Source: Octopus bimaculoides
Lineage: Eukaryota
NCBI RefSeq assembly: GCF_001194135.2
Contig: NC_068992.1
Location: forward strand, 67,196,105 to 67,260,104
DNA: 64,000 nt
Direction of reading: 5' to 3'
Shown here piece by piece: positions 52,671 to 64,000 of the stretch; within the stretch, counting starts at the first letter, position 1; the number at the start of each line of letters is the position of its first letter. The notes below the pieces were generated by a model. The model did not search any database. It was not told where the DNA came from and was given only the letters and a program-made list of their open reading frames with translations. The position numbers and the translations under genes are program-made.

Positions 52671-55600
52671 GTCAATCAATCAGGTGGCCATTTCTGGATG
52701 TGGTTTAGGTTGTTTGTATGTAAAGGAGCAGCACTAAGGCAATATTCTATTCAGGTTTTATCTTAAACTAGGCGCAGGAACAGTATTTGCTAGAATAGAA
52801 ACCAATTTCTGGAACATCAATGTTGAAATATTATCTGTCGTAATTTTTCTGAGTTGAACGACGGAGATCTATTTGTCTTTGCAAAAACAGATGTATGTTG
52901 GATTTTCAGCTTTTCTAAATCGTTTTCAAAATGTAATTAACAGCATCATTGTTTAATTGTCAATATTTATTTTGCCTGTCGTCTTATCTTAATTTTCTGC
53001 TTTTTATAATTTTCTGTTTTCACAACTTTTACAGAATTAAAAAAAAAATTTTCTCCTCGTGCCACTTTGGTACCAAAAAGTCATATAAATTTGCTAGTAT
53101 ACAAAGTTTACACGGAAATATTGAAATATAAAATGTGTCCATGACTAAGCTTTTGCACTCGCTCTTTGTTAAACGTGACCAACTCCAGGAAATTCTAAAG
53201 CAATTGTGAATGAATGATAAAATAAAACAATGCAAGCAATATCAAAAAAGTAGAAAAAAACTTCTTCGTAATAATAATAATAATAATAATTATAATAATG
53301 TAATTATTTTTAAAAGAAGACACCAACAAATCAGTTGTAGAACACAAGAAATATTGTCTTTTGTTTGTAACGTTTACAACTTCCGTCTTCAAATTTTATC
53401 AATGTTACGCTAGCTTTAATTAAGTTATGCCATCCGGCTGTACATATTTGACAACTGTCGCCTGATTTAGTTAGCAGCAGAGATATTTGCAGTATCAGCA
53501 GAATGAATAGCACTAGCACGCGCCGCTAACACATTTGAAAAGAAAGACGTGAGCATAGAGTGATAAGCATCAGTAGTAGTATTAAAGAAAAGGTCAAATT
53601 ATTGCAGCAACAGCAGCCTGCAGCGAACAGGCTTGCTGCATTATACAAAAGAAGATTTACAATTTTATGCATGGAGATAAGTATCTCATTTTATAAGCTG
53701 ATTAACGCGCATTCTTTCAATGAAATCGGAAAGAAGGAATTTGACAAAAATAGATATCACTCTCACTACCTCATGTTTATGTATTCCCCCCCCCCACTTT
53801 TTTTTTCGCGGTTTTAAAAAGATAAATAATATTTTGAGAAGAGATTTCCTGATACAATCAAATAGATCAGATATGTTAGTGTGACAGAAAATAAAATTAA
53901 TCGAATTCTGACTGCAAGTCTAAAAGTGAAAATTATATAAGTGATATAAAGGGGCGGAATATATATTGTCATAAAACATTCTTTTGGCCGAGTGAAAGCT
54001 ATAAACACGCTGCTGAGTTGGATGACGTTTCAAGAGGAAATATGCAGAATAGCAAATTATTTTAGCTGTCAGAGAAAGTATAAATTTAAATTATTATATG
54101 AATATGCGTAATTGTAATCTTGCTGACATATTTAAAATACAACAATCTAGGAAATAATTTACATACCAAAATTGAATATAATTTTACAGAGAAATAATAA
54201 GATGAAAATGATTAGAAATTATTCATATTTAGGAAATATATTATTTTTAATGTTTCTCTAATATTCATTTTGAGTTTGCATTGAAGGCAAACATATGTAA
54301 TTTTTCATTCATTTAGAATTGCAGAATATATTTTGAACACATTAATTTTTATTAACAGAGAAAGTTTTATTTTTTACCATCAATTTAATTTTTTTTTCTA
54401 ATTTTTAAAATTCCGAAATCATATGTTAAGTGAAAATAAGCAATTTTGAAATAATGGCTCAAAATTGATTGCTTCGGGGATGATTGTGATTTGAAACAAC
54501 ACGAGTATTGTACGGAATAATATCAATTTAGGAATTTAGCGGACTCTTGGCGAGGTTGTAGACCCTCTTATATACAGTTTCTTATTGCTTTACTGCCCAC
54601 AAGGGGCTACAGAGGGGACAAACAAGGACAGACAAACAGATCCTCCTATATACAGTTTCTGTGGAGTGATGCAATACTTTGCTTATTGTTGTTTATACCG
54701 ATTCCTTTGAAACCAAATGTAAATATGTGGAAATAAGTTCCCTCAAACCGGTTGCCACTGTTACCAAAATATAAACCTATAATAAAAGAACATTCATCGT
54801 TCACAAATGATTTCTATATTTACGTTTATCTAAGAATATCAAAATTTTAAATTTTATAATCTCAGCTACATGGTTTTAACATATAATGAAATCGATTTGT
54901 TTTTGATATTATTTAATTTAACTTTCATGGACCATATTTACAACATTCTGAAAGGAATATTGATATTCACTGAAAATACAGGATTGTATTGATTTGGATT
55001 TTTTCTAAGACTGAAAAAAAAAATGTTATGAGATTTGTAAGCGATTGAAAATGTAGGTTAAACATGCACAGATTTGAAATACATCTTGAAAAAAAAATTA
55101 ATTGCTTTCAAAAATTCTAATATAATGCTTTAAACCCTTGGAGCTACATAAAGAGAAAACAATGCGAAAATAAACTTTGCTTTCTCTCTTTTAGTTCGAT
55201 TTCTACGCTTGATGACATCTTAATAGCACGCTATATCTCATTCCTTTTCTATATGTTTATACTCAAACTTTTAAATTCTTGGAGACACACTCCCTCCGCT
55301 TGATTTATTAAATATTCTCTGCCACTTTTACATTCTTGGGACATAAAAATTCCATAAATATATTACAAGATGGACTTAATACATGCATATCAACACATAC
55401 ACGCACATCTCACTCAACACATATATTGTTCAGTGATTTCTTTGATTTACTCTTTGAAATATAATTAAGGTGAATATTTAAAAAGAAATACCTTCTTCCA
55501 TTCGTGCTTCCTTATTTACCATACCCCCACCCCAATATTCGCAAATGTTTTTCACCTTGAAATATTTTTATTCTTAATGCAGCACTGAAGTCTTCATGCA

Positions 55601-55704
55601 TCATCTGAATAAAACTGTCATAACCTGTCTTGAATGATGCCTTCTAAATTAAATTCTTTCGTTGCTGAGCATTATCATTCAAACTCTTTTTTTACAATCG
55701 ACGT

Positions 55705-55930
55705 GAGAACTAGCAGAGAGATTAGCACGCCGGGCGAAATGCTTAGAGGCATTTCGTATGCCGTTACTTTCTGAGTTCAAATTCCGCCGAGGTCAACCTT
55801 ACCATTCATCCTTTAGAGGCCGATTAAATAAGTACTAGCTACGCACTGAGGTCGATGTAATCGACTTAAACCCTTTGTCTGTTCCTGTTTGTCCCCTCTA
55901 TGTTTAGCCCCCTGTGAGTAATAAAGAAAT
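55705..55930 (+). mobile_element. SINE family A copy
   Basis: ctagcagagagattagcacgccgggcgaaatgctt...tgagttcaaattccgccgaggtc...gtcgatgtaatcgactt. Confidence 0.85.
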
Positions 55931-58789
55931 ATATATATATATAATATCATCTACCAAATATGGTTTCTTTAGAGTTATATTTTTTTCGAGCACCGCCATA
56001 TATTCAGGAGAAGAATTCCAAACCTCTTCGTAAAACTAGTTCTCTGCATGCTAACCTATTTTTTCGAATAGTTTTAGCAGATCAGTTGCCCATTCTAAAG
56101 TAGATATCAATTACACTAAAGACGTTGTTAACCATATTGAGAGCTATTTTTTGATCCACTTCTCCTGGTCACGCTCATACTTCTGATATATTACATCAAA
56201 CGAGGCATGCAAGCCAACTCATCTATACTCTGTTCCTTAACAATTTACATCTTGCACTAGAATTCACTCTAACCATCTTGGATACTAGCCAAATTTCTTG
56301 ATATTCCTGTTGCAGTCGTCACTATTCACTATCTATATCAATATTCTATGCGCCCAAAGTTTGTTCGGACTTCTCCCTCTAAGTCCATTCTCTTGTTATC
56401 ACATAGCCATTGGTCTCTAACATAATATAAACTCTGGTTAAAACTTCAAAACTGGCGTAAAGCGCCATAGCTCTTTGGAATGTTACCCTTGATGAATTGT
56501 TGATAATGTTAAAATTTCTAAAATTTGGTTATTCATTGATTTCGCGTCTATGTGGCAGTAGAGTCGATATTCTATAACATTTAATACATTCCCCTGGATT
56601 GTATTGTTCAATCTTGAAATAGCTCGTGCTGTTTTAGTATCTCCGCGTCACTTAGGGAGGAAAAGTTGTCATTCTGATAGCGTTCGCTCAGGTCATTGAA
56701 CGCTCACTCCTCGGATGCTTTTTTGTATTACTTTATCACTCACAGTAATCCACATAAACGACAACGCAAATCTTTTTCACATCAATGTCAGCTTTAACCG
56801 TATTTAATCGGAACAGCGAGTCAGTTTTGTTGAAGAATCCCAACACAAAATTATGTGAAGCTAACATCTTCAATTCAGCTTCTAAAGTGTAACATCAGAA
56901 TGTTTTTTTTTTTTTACTAAAAACCATTGAATCATAAATAAATAAGAACAATAACGTTAAAATGCATAAATAAGCATTGTAAACATTTCAGGATTAGAAT
57001 TGTAAATAGTTTTGGTGCGATTGGGGTGGGGGTGAGGTCTACAGATTTTAAATGAAATTTTCAAGAAATAGAGTAGGGAAAATCATCTGAATCCCCATCG
57101 ATATACAAATTTTGAAATCCACTTCTAGTTGACTTTTGAAAGGCATGGATGTCAACATATCACATATAATTATAGATTCTAATATACAAAGTGAAAATTT
57201 ATATATGTATATATATATATATATCTTGTACGTTAAAGAAGTGAGCAAAAAAGTAATATGGACACGCAGGCACACAAATATTAGCGTATACGTTTAAAGT
57301 ATATATGATAATATACATATACATATATAGCTGTTACTCAACATATAGTTTTTATGTTTCACATAATATTTGTCAGAAATTATATAATATTAAAAGGCAA
57401 GATATTTCTTATATGGTAATTTTTCCTGCTTAATAATAACGTCCTTTTGTACAACATCGAACTCTTTAATATCCTATTCAGAATGCTAATAAATTTCCTC
57501 TTATTCACTTGTATATTACTTGCTATTCAAAGAACTGAAACGGACGAGATTCTAAAAGGTGATCTGCTTACTTTGATTAAAAGTTGTTGAAATGTGAATA
57601 TTATTAGTAGTATTCTAACAAGAAATGTATGATAAAAGAGAGATGATAAAAGCTAGAAATATGATAAAACCTATGTCAAAGATAATAAAAGTTGGGTCGA
57701 ATTCTTAGACAAATGAGATTTATACACAAGTGAATTTATGAAGACATCAAATATTTTACACCGAATGTACAAAAAGATTACACAACAAAAACCTAAAAAG
57801 CAACAAAACATATTATTTCTTTTTATATGAGTATATTTAACTTACCATATTTGTATATAGTAATTTAGTCGTTTCATGTATTTTACCTCTTATATTTATA
57901 ACTTCAACTTTACGGTGCCATTGTTCATAAGATTTCTTCATTGAATCACTAATTAAAGTTAGTCATTAAAATCGGTTAGTTTGCTACAATTGTTTCTACG
58001 ATCAATATTCATATGCAGCATACTCATTCATGAATTACATTCATTAAAATCTATTCAGCTTTTATAAATGGTATCCATAACTCACGCAAGTTTCATTGCT
58101 TGAAGCTGCTGAAATATGAATATCTCTCGATAAGCATGATGTAACCTCGATTACATGCCAGCATGTCAAATGGCAGCATATGTTTACAACAGATTTCATT
58201 GCAGTTAAGTTTGAAATTTAATCCAAAAATACTTCGCAAAGAAATATCAGTCATGTTAAACTGAATAGAATTTTATCAGTGTCTTTGTAGTGATCATGTA
58301 AACCTAGGTATCTCTTTAGATGTGCTAGTTAACAGCTATCTGTTGCCTTGTCAAATGTAAGAGGTATTTGATTTGCATTTAGTGGGAAGACAATCGAAAA
58401 AGGACGAGAGAAAATATTAATTGAAAATAACACCACTGTGAGATTGGGAAGCGATAAGGTGAGATATATCGCTCAGATCTATATACTTCACAGTGTATGT
58501 ATTACTCACAATATACCTGGGTCAAGTTATCTCCTCTCCATTACACAGTATCGGAACCAAGTCTGTAAGTGTCATCTGTACGTCGTGTTTTAAGAAAACA
58601 ATTACAGCTGTCAGCTTAAGATGTATGATATCTTAAAATAGCGTGGAGTTGATATCGTATTAGTACGATATCGATCAGACACACAGACACAGGCACAGAC
58701 ACACACTCATAAGGAAAAATGCTGGCATAGTTTATGCACACACACACGCACATACATAGTTACATATGTTTATATATATTTTGACACAA

Positions 58790-58960
58790 TGTCAGCAAGT
58801 TCGAGAGCGGAGTAAATCGATTATGTCGAACCGACTGCTCCACTAATGCTTATTTTATCGACCCCCGAAAGGTTGAAAGCCAAAGTGAACCTCGGTGGAA
58901 TTTGAACTCAATATATAAAGTCGGACTAAATGCCGCTAAGCATCTCGCCCGGTCAACTCA
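58790..58960 (-). mobile_element. SINE family A copy
   Basis: gtcgattatgtcga...ttatcgacccccgaaaggttgaaagccaaagtgaacctcggtggaatttgaactca. Confidence 0.8.
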
Positions 58961-59625
58961 CCGAGCTCTCTTTCTCTGTCTCTCTCACTCTCTCACACAC
59001 ACACTCTCTCTCCTACTCTCTCTTTATGTATATCTCTCTATCTATTTATCTATCTATGTATATATATATATAGTTGAAATTTGTAGAAAAACAAAAGACG
59101 CCGTAAGCTTGCAGAAGCATGCTCAATGTCTCTGTAGTAGACTCTCTCCAAGCTTAACACAACATTTCACGTTGGCTCTTTGTTCCAGATTCCTATCCAT
59201 CACAAAAATCACAGACTACAGCATACACATGATCACAAAAACACAAATTTGACAACTTGCAAAGTAAACACAGTGATGTCACTCAGCACACTGCCTCATG
59301 AAGGTCACTGTCAGCTCTTACTGCGCACACAACAGTGTGCTGCCATCTGTTGATGCGCTAAAGAACTGGTGTACGAACTTTTGAGATGAACCGTTTAAGA
59401 TGACCAATCTGTGATTGGATGCCGCAAGTATTTGGACCAATCCCGTCGATAATAGCAAGCTTCCCTGAGAAACTAAGAATTTGCTTATCAACTACATGGA
59501 GCCAACATTACATGGTTGCAGGTTCGATTTTACTGCGTGACACCTTGCGGATGTGTCCTTTACCACAGCCTCAAACCTTGTGAGTGAATTTAGTAAGCAG
59601 GAAACAGAGAGAAGCCTATCGTTTA

Positions 59626-59653
59626 TACACACACACACACACGCACGCACACA

Positions 59654-59741
<88 letters not shown>
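59626..59741. repeat. (CA)n microsatellite
   Basis: Direct reading. Confidence 0.98.
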
Positions 59742-59746
<5 letters not shown>

Positions 59747-59769
59747 GTGGTTGTTTGTATGTATGTATC

Positions 59770-59945
59770 TATATGCTTACGTGTGTGTCTTTGCGTTCGT
59801 TTATATTCGTCATCACACTTGGCAACTGGTGCTGGTAGTTTTGCGGTTCGGCAAAAGAGACAGATGCAATAAGTAGCATCTCGTGTCGTCTGTTGTTTTA
59901 AAATTTTTCAAGGTAGTGCTCCAGCATGGTAACTGTTTAATGCCT
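59770..59945 (+). mobile_element. SINE family B 3' portion
   Basis: gcggttcggcaaaagagac...aataagta...gtgctccagcatgg is the reverse complement of the segment at 33940-34050. Confidence 0.65.
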
Positions 59946-60825
59946 AAAATAAGCAAATGATAAAAAGTTGAACGTTATGTACACGCAAAAGCTTTTCCGC
60001 TTTCTACCAGTATCCATTTACACTTCACCAATCGGATACAATCTGATACTTTCTGTCCCTTATCCATCGTCGTTGTTTAGGCTAGACTCGCACTTTCCTT
60101 TATGCATCACTTCATCCGTAATTCATCCCTTTCACATATATTTTAGCAGCAACGACTTCAGATATTTTGCTTTAAAACCTGTTTTTCTCTGTTTCAACTT
60201 CAACTTACTGCTACCACTTCCCAGATTCTTCAACTACAAACAAGCAATCGATTCTCTGATTTCTTCAGCTGGAGACGCATAACTTCAAAAAGGTCATCCA
60301 TGCTGATTTCATTGCATACAACTCTTGTTCCTCGCACTTCTTTACTACTGTTGCTGTTTGTGCACGAAATATGTCTTCTCTGCAATATTAAAAGCCACCA
60401 ATGATACAAGAAGCAGTCAATAATCACAGACACCCAACTTTTATTTATTTATCAGTGGTTTCCCGTCGCCATGCTGTGAAAGCAATAGACACACACGCAC
60501 TCACATTAATAAATATATACTTGTATATAAATATATCCTGTCATGTATATGTGTGTGAGTGTATTCCTCGGTGTCAGACTCCGTACATAAGTCGACCGTT
60601 GTCAACATAATAAAGGAAGTAATTAAATAGTAATGTTTGATAATTTTGTTTAAATACCGACAGTAAATATTAGCAATAACATCGAAAATCTGTCAAATGC
60701 TCAAATTATAATTTACAGCATTACACTGTCATAGAGTCTACAGAATACATAAAATAATTTTATGTATATACCACGCTAATATAATATGATAGGATATTTC
60801 TGTACTTATTATTTATTCGTAACTG

Positions 60826-61232
60826 AAGGCACTGAGTTGGCAGAATCTCTAGTATGTCAGGCGAAATTCTTAGCGGTATTTCGTCTGTCTTTACGTTGAG
60901 TTCAAATTCCGACGAGGTCGACATTGTCTTTCATCCTTTCGAGGTCGATAACTTAAATACCAGTTGCGTACTGGTGTCGATCTAATCGACTGGCCCCCTC
61001 CCACAAAATTTTGGGTATTGTGCCTACAGTAGGAAATAATCGTTAGCACGCCGGACAAAATACTTAGCGGCTTTTCATCCGTCTTTATGTTCTGAGTTCA
61101 AATTCGGTGTGGTCGACTTTGCTTTTCATCCTTCCGGGGTCGATAAATTAAGTACAAGGGAAACACTGGGGTCGATATAATCGATTAGTCCCCTCCCCCC
61201 AAATTTCAGGCCTTGTGTCTTTAGTAGAAAAA
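60826..61232 (+). mobile_element. Head-to-tail dimer of SINE family A
   Basis: Copy 1 about 60826-61037 and copy 2 about 61038-61232, each with B-box GAGTTCAAATTC and tail ...ttgtg(c/t)ct...agtag(g/a)aa. Confidence 0.85.
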
Positions 61233-62445
61233 ATTATTTATTGGAAAGTGAAAGTTGATCTTAACAATAAGTAAATTAACTGCTTTAATAAGGGCTTAAA
61301 TCCTTCAATAATAGTCATTCCTTATTCTACATGGAGGTAGGGGTCAGGATTATAATGCTGAAGTCTCTGTTGTGCTTTTTAATCACATGCTTTTTAATAC
61401 ACATACACACATACAATGTTACCACACACACACAAAAAAAACCCAATAATGCTACCACACACAATGCTACAACACACACTCAAACATACAGTGCTAACGT
61501 TTCTGCCAGCTCGCCGCCTTCAACTGATCTATTATTGGGACCCTCATGTATTATCATGATCTATTATTGTGACCCTTAAAGAGATTATTATCTATTGGTA
61601 GCAGAATTTGAACATAAAATAAAACTCTTATAATTCGAGATTTTAGCAGTGGTAACACAGAACTGGCCAATCCTCCACCGTAGAATTTTATATATATGTC
61701 GAAGAAATCGATATCGGAAAATTGTGAATATTGTAAAAGTAATACAGAGAAAAACAAAAGTGCGTTAAATGCTATTCAGAGACTTTTTTTTTGTTTCAAA
61801 AATGTAAGTTTATAAAAGATTGTCAGTGAAAAAGGAAACGAATGACAAATAAATATTTAACATAATAAAGTCTGATAAATTCACACATGAAATGCGTGTT
61901 GTGTATTTCACTATAATTCAGTTGAATTTGATTTTTTGAGACTGCTGCATTAAAAAGGATAAACTTTTCTTTGATTCCAGAATACGTTTTAAACGCTGCG
62001 ATATTTCGTCTTGTATAGATTTCTTCAAAGATATCTTGGAAAACAATAGAAATAATGCCATATTTTATATGTACAAAGAAATACTGATCAAATACGGAAC
62101 AATGCAATTATCTTGGAGACTGATTGAATAGATATTCGCACTATCATTTTTGTCTTCGGTAAATTTAGGAGGAAAAAAAAATTTCGTAAAGAATAACCAT
62201 TTCTTCTGGGGGAGTAAAAAAAGATATCATTACAGACCCCGTCATTATTTGCGAGTCTATCTTTAGTCTTTCATCCCGCAGACATTTATTGATGCTCTCG
62301 TATCGGAAATGTTTAGCGTTATTGCTCACAAATTGGTTGCTTGGTTAACATTATTAATTCAATGCATTTGTCTCAAAGATTGTCTGTATACATGCATGAA
62401 TGAATGCATGTATGTATGTAAGTATGTGTATATATGTATGTATGC

Positions 62446-62493
<48 letters not shown>

Positions 62494-62544
62494 NNNNNNN
62501 NNNNNNNNNNNNNNNNNNNNNNNNNNNNNNNNNNNNNNNNNNNN

Positions 62545-62602
<58 letters not shown>

Positions 62603-63566
62603 CATAAATACATACACATACATACATGTATACATATATGTATATATGTGTCTGTGTATGTGTGTGGCTGTGCGTGTGTGTGTTTGTGTGTGTAATGCCG
62701 TGATTCGCTTGCTGAGAACTAAGTCACTCCCAATACAATGAGAGTGAATTCTTAACAGTCAACTGATAGATGAACTGTGTTACATGCATTATGGGGAACT
62801 TATATTCACTGATGGTATCTCTAACGTAAGCATGCGTTGATATTAACGGATGTGCCTGGATATGTTTGATTATGTACATAAACCTATACACAAACTATCG
62901 TAGGAATGACCAAAAGTTTAAAAAAGTCTATTTCAGAAATATATACACTCCATATTTGATCCCACGTTAATATATCTTCTAATGAAGCATCTGATTTCCG
63001 CAGCTATTGCGAGTGTAATTGGAAACATATGTCTGCAGTATATCCCTTTATTTACACGCGTTGTTTCGACACTTAACTGAATGAACAACTGGGAGCCGCG
63101 TCTTCGACAGTTCTGAAGACCCATTTATTTTCTCCCTTACACATATATATCTCAACAGCAGAAAGAAATGAAATGAAAAGCACCCATCTCAAATATGTGA
63201 ACGTGTGTGTTAGCTATTTCAAGATGAAGATCTCAAAGAGTTTGTCGATGGAAAACTTGTTGGGCAGCGTTTGCTTTCTTGACTTTATGTACTGTTAGGT
63301 CGATTTATCAATTACTATGTGTCATTAGCCACACTAGCAATAGATAAATATGAAAACCTAATAACTTCTCAATTAAGTATCTCTAAAGTACCTAGATTTT
63401 TTTTTAAAGAAATCTTCTACTAGGTATATTAGAATAAGTAGCCGAAGTCTGTATTATTTATAGATGTTTGTTTGTAAACCCTAAAATAGCACAATAACTA
63501 ACCTCATGTACAAAGAACCTTGATTTGTCATCAGCGGACATTTATTGTGAGCTGAATATGGTGATA

Positions 63567-63771
63567 GACAGACAATTGGCCGACAGACAATTGGCCGACA
63601 GACAACTTACAGACAGGACAATTGTGTGGTATGATGCAGAGTCCTGTTTCCAGACATAGGATGTTCCAGCAGCAACCCTCTTGACCCAGGACAGCAGAAC
63701 CTCCTCCAGGCACTTGATGTAGGCTTCCGAATTGTCTGTCGGCGAATTGTCTGTCGACGAATTGTCTGCAC
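63567..63771. mobile_element. Foldback-type MITE with 15-bp tandem subterminal modules
   Basis: Left (gacagacaattggcc) x2 plus a partial unit. Right (cgaattgtctgtcg) x3 in inverted orientation, around a ~120-bp core. Confidence 0.75.
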
Positions 63772-64000
63772 GCGGAATATAATACGTCTGTTTGTTCTTT
63801 TACTTACACGCATGATTGAACCCTAAAACGATAACAAAATTCCTCTATCAAACCAACATCAGTTTCTCTATTATAGCTTTTTCTGCACCAACATACTTTA
63901 CTTGTATAAACATACTTTACTTGTATACTGTGTTCCACTTCCCCACACAATCACTACCCTTGTATGCCTGCACCATACGTATCTCTTACGCACATTACTC

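Overview
This is AT-rich, microsatellite-saturated, gapped (N-rich) animal genomic DNA. The SINE families and repeat landscape suggest an octopus or other coleoid cephalopod, which is inference only. The one recognisable host gene is the 3' end of an M13 (neprilysin/ECE/PHEX family) zinc metallopeptidase on the + strand. Five GT-AG coding exons are visible (11737-11804, 17981-18046, 21617-21715, 22554-22630, 23746-23845 with stop), carrying HEITH, GENIADNGG, HSP..FR and the C-terminal CxxW. One expected exon of about 130 nt is not visible and probably lies in an N gap, and no convincing upstream exon is in the window. The rest is interspersed repeat: Penelope-like, Tx1/L1-like and RTE LINE relics, mariners (one full-length, one internally deleted), two tRNA-derived SINE families, foldback-type MITEs and simple repeats. 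I found no multi-gene novel system. The most unusual signals are (i) a 12-bp minisatellite that is a tandem amplification of a SINE's Pol III A-box, and (ii) minimal dimer-type hammerhead-ribozyme motifs, including an inverted pair in an intron of the peptidase gene.
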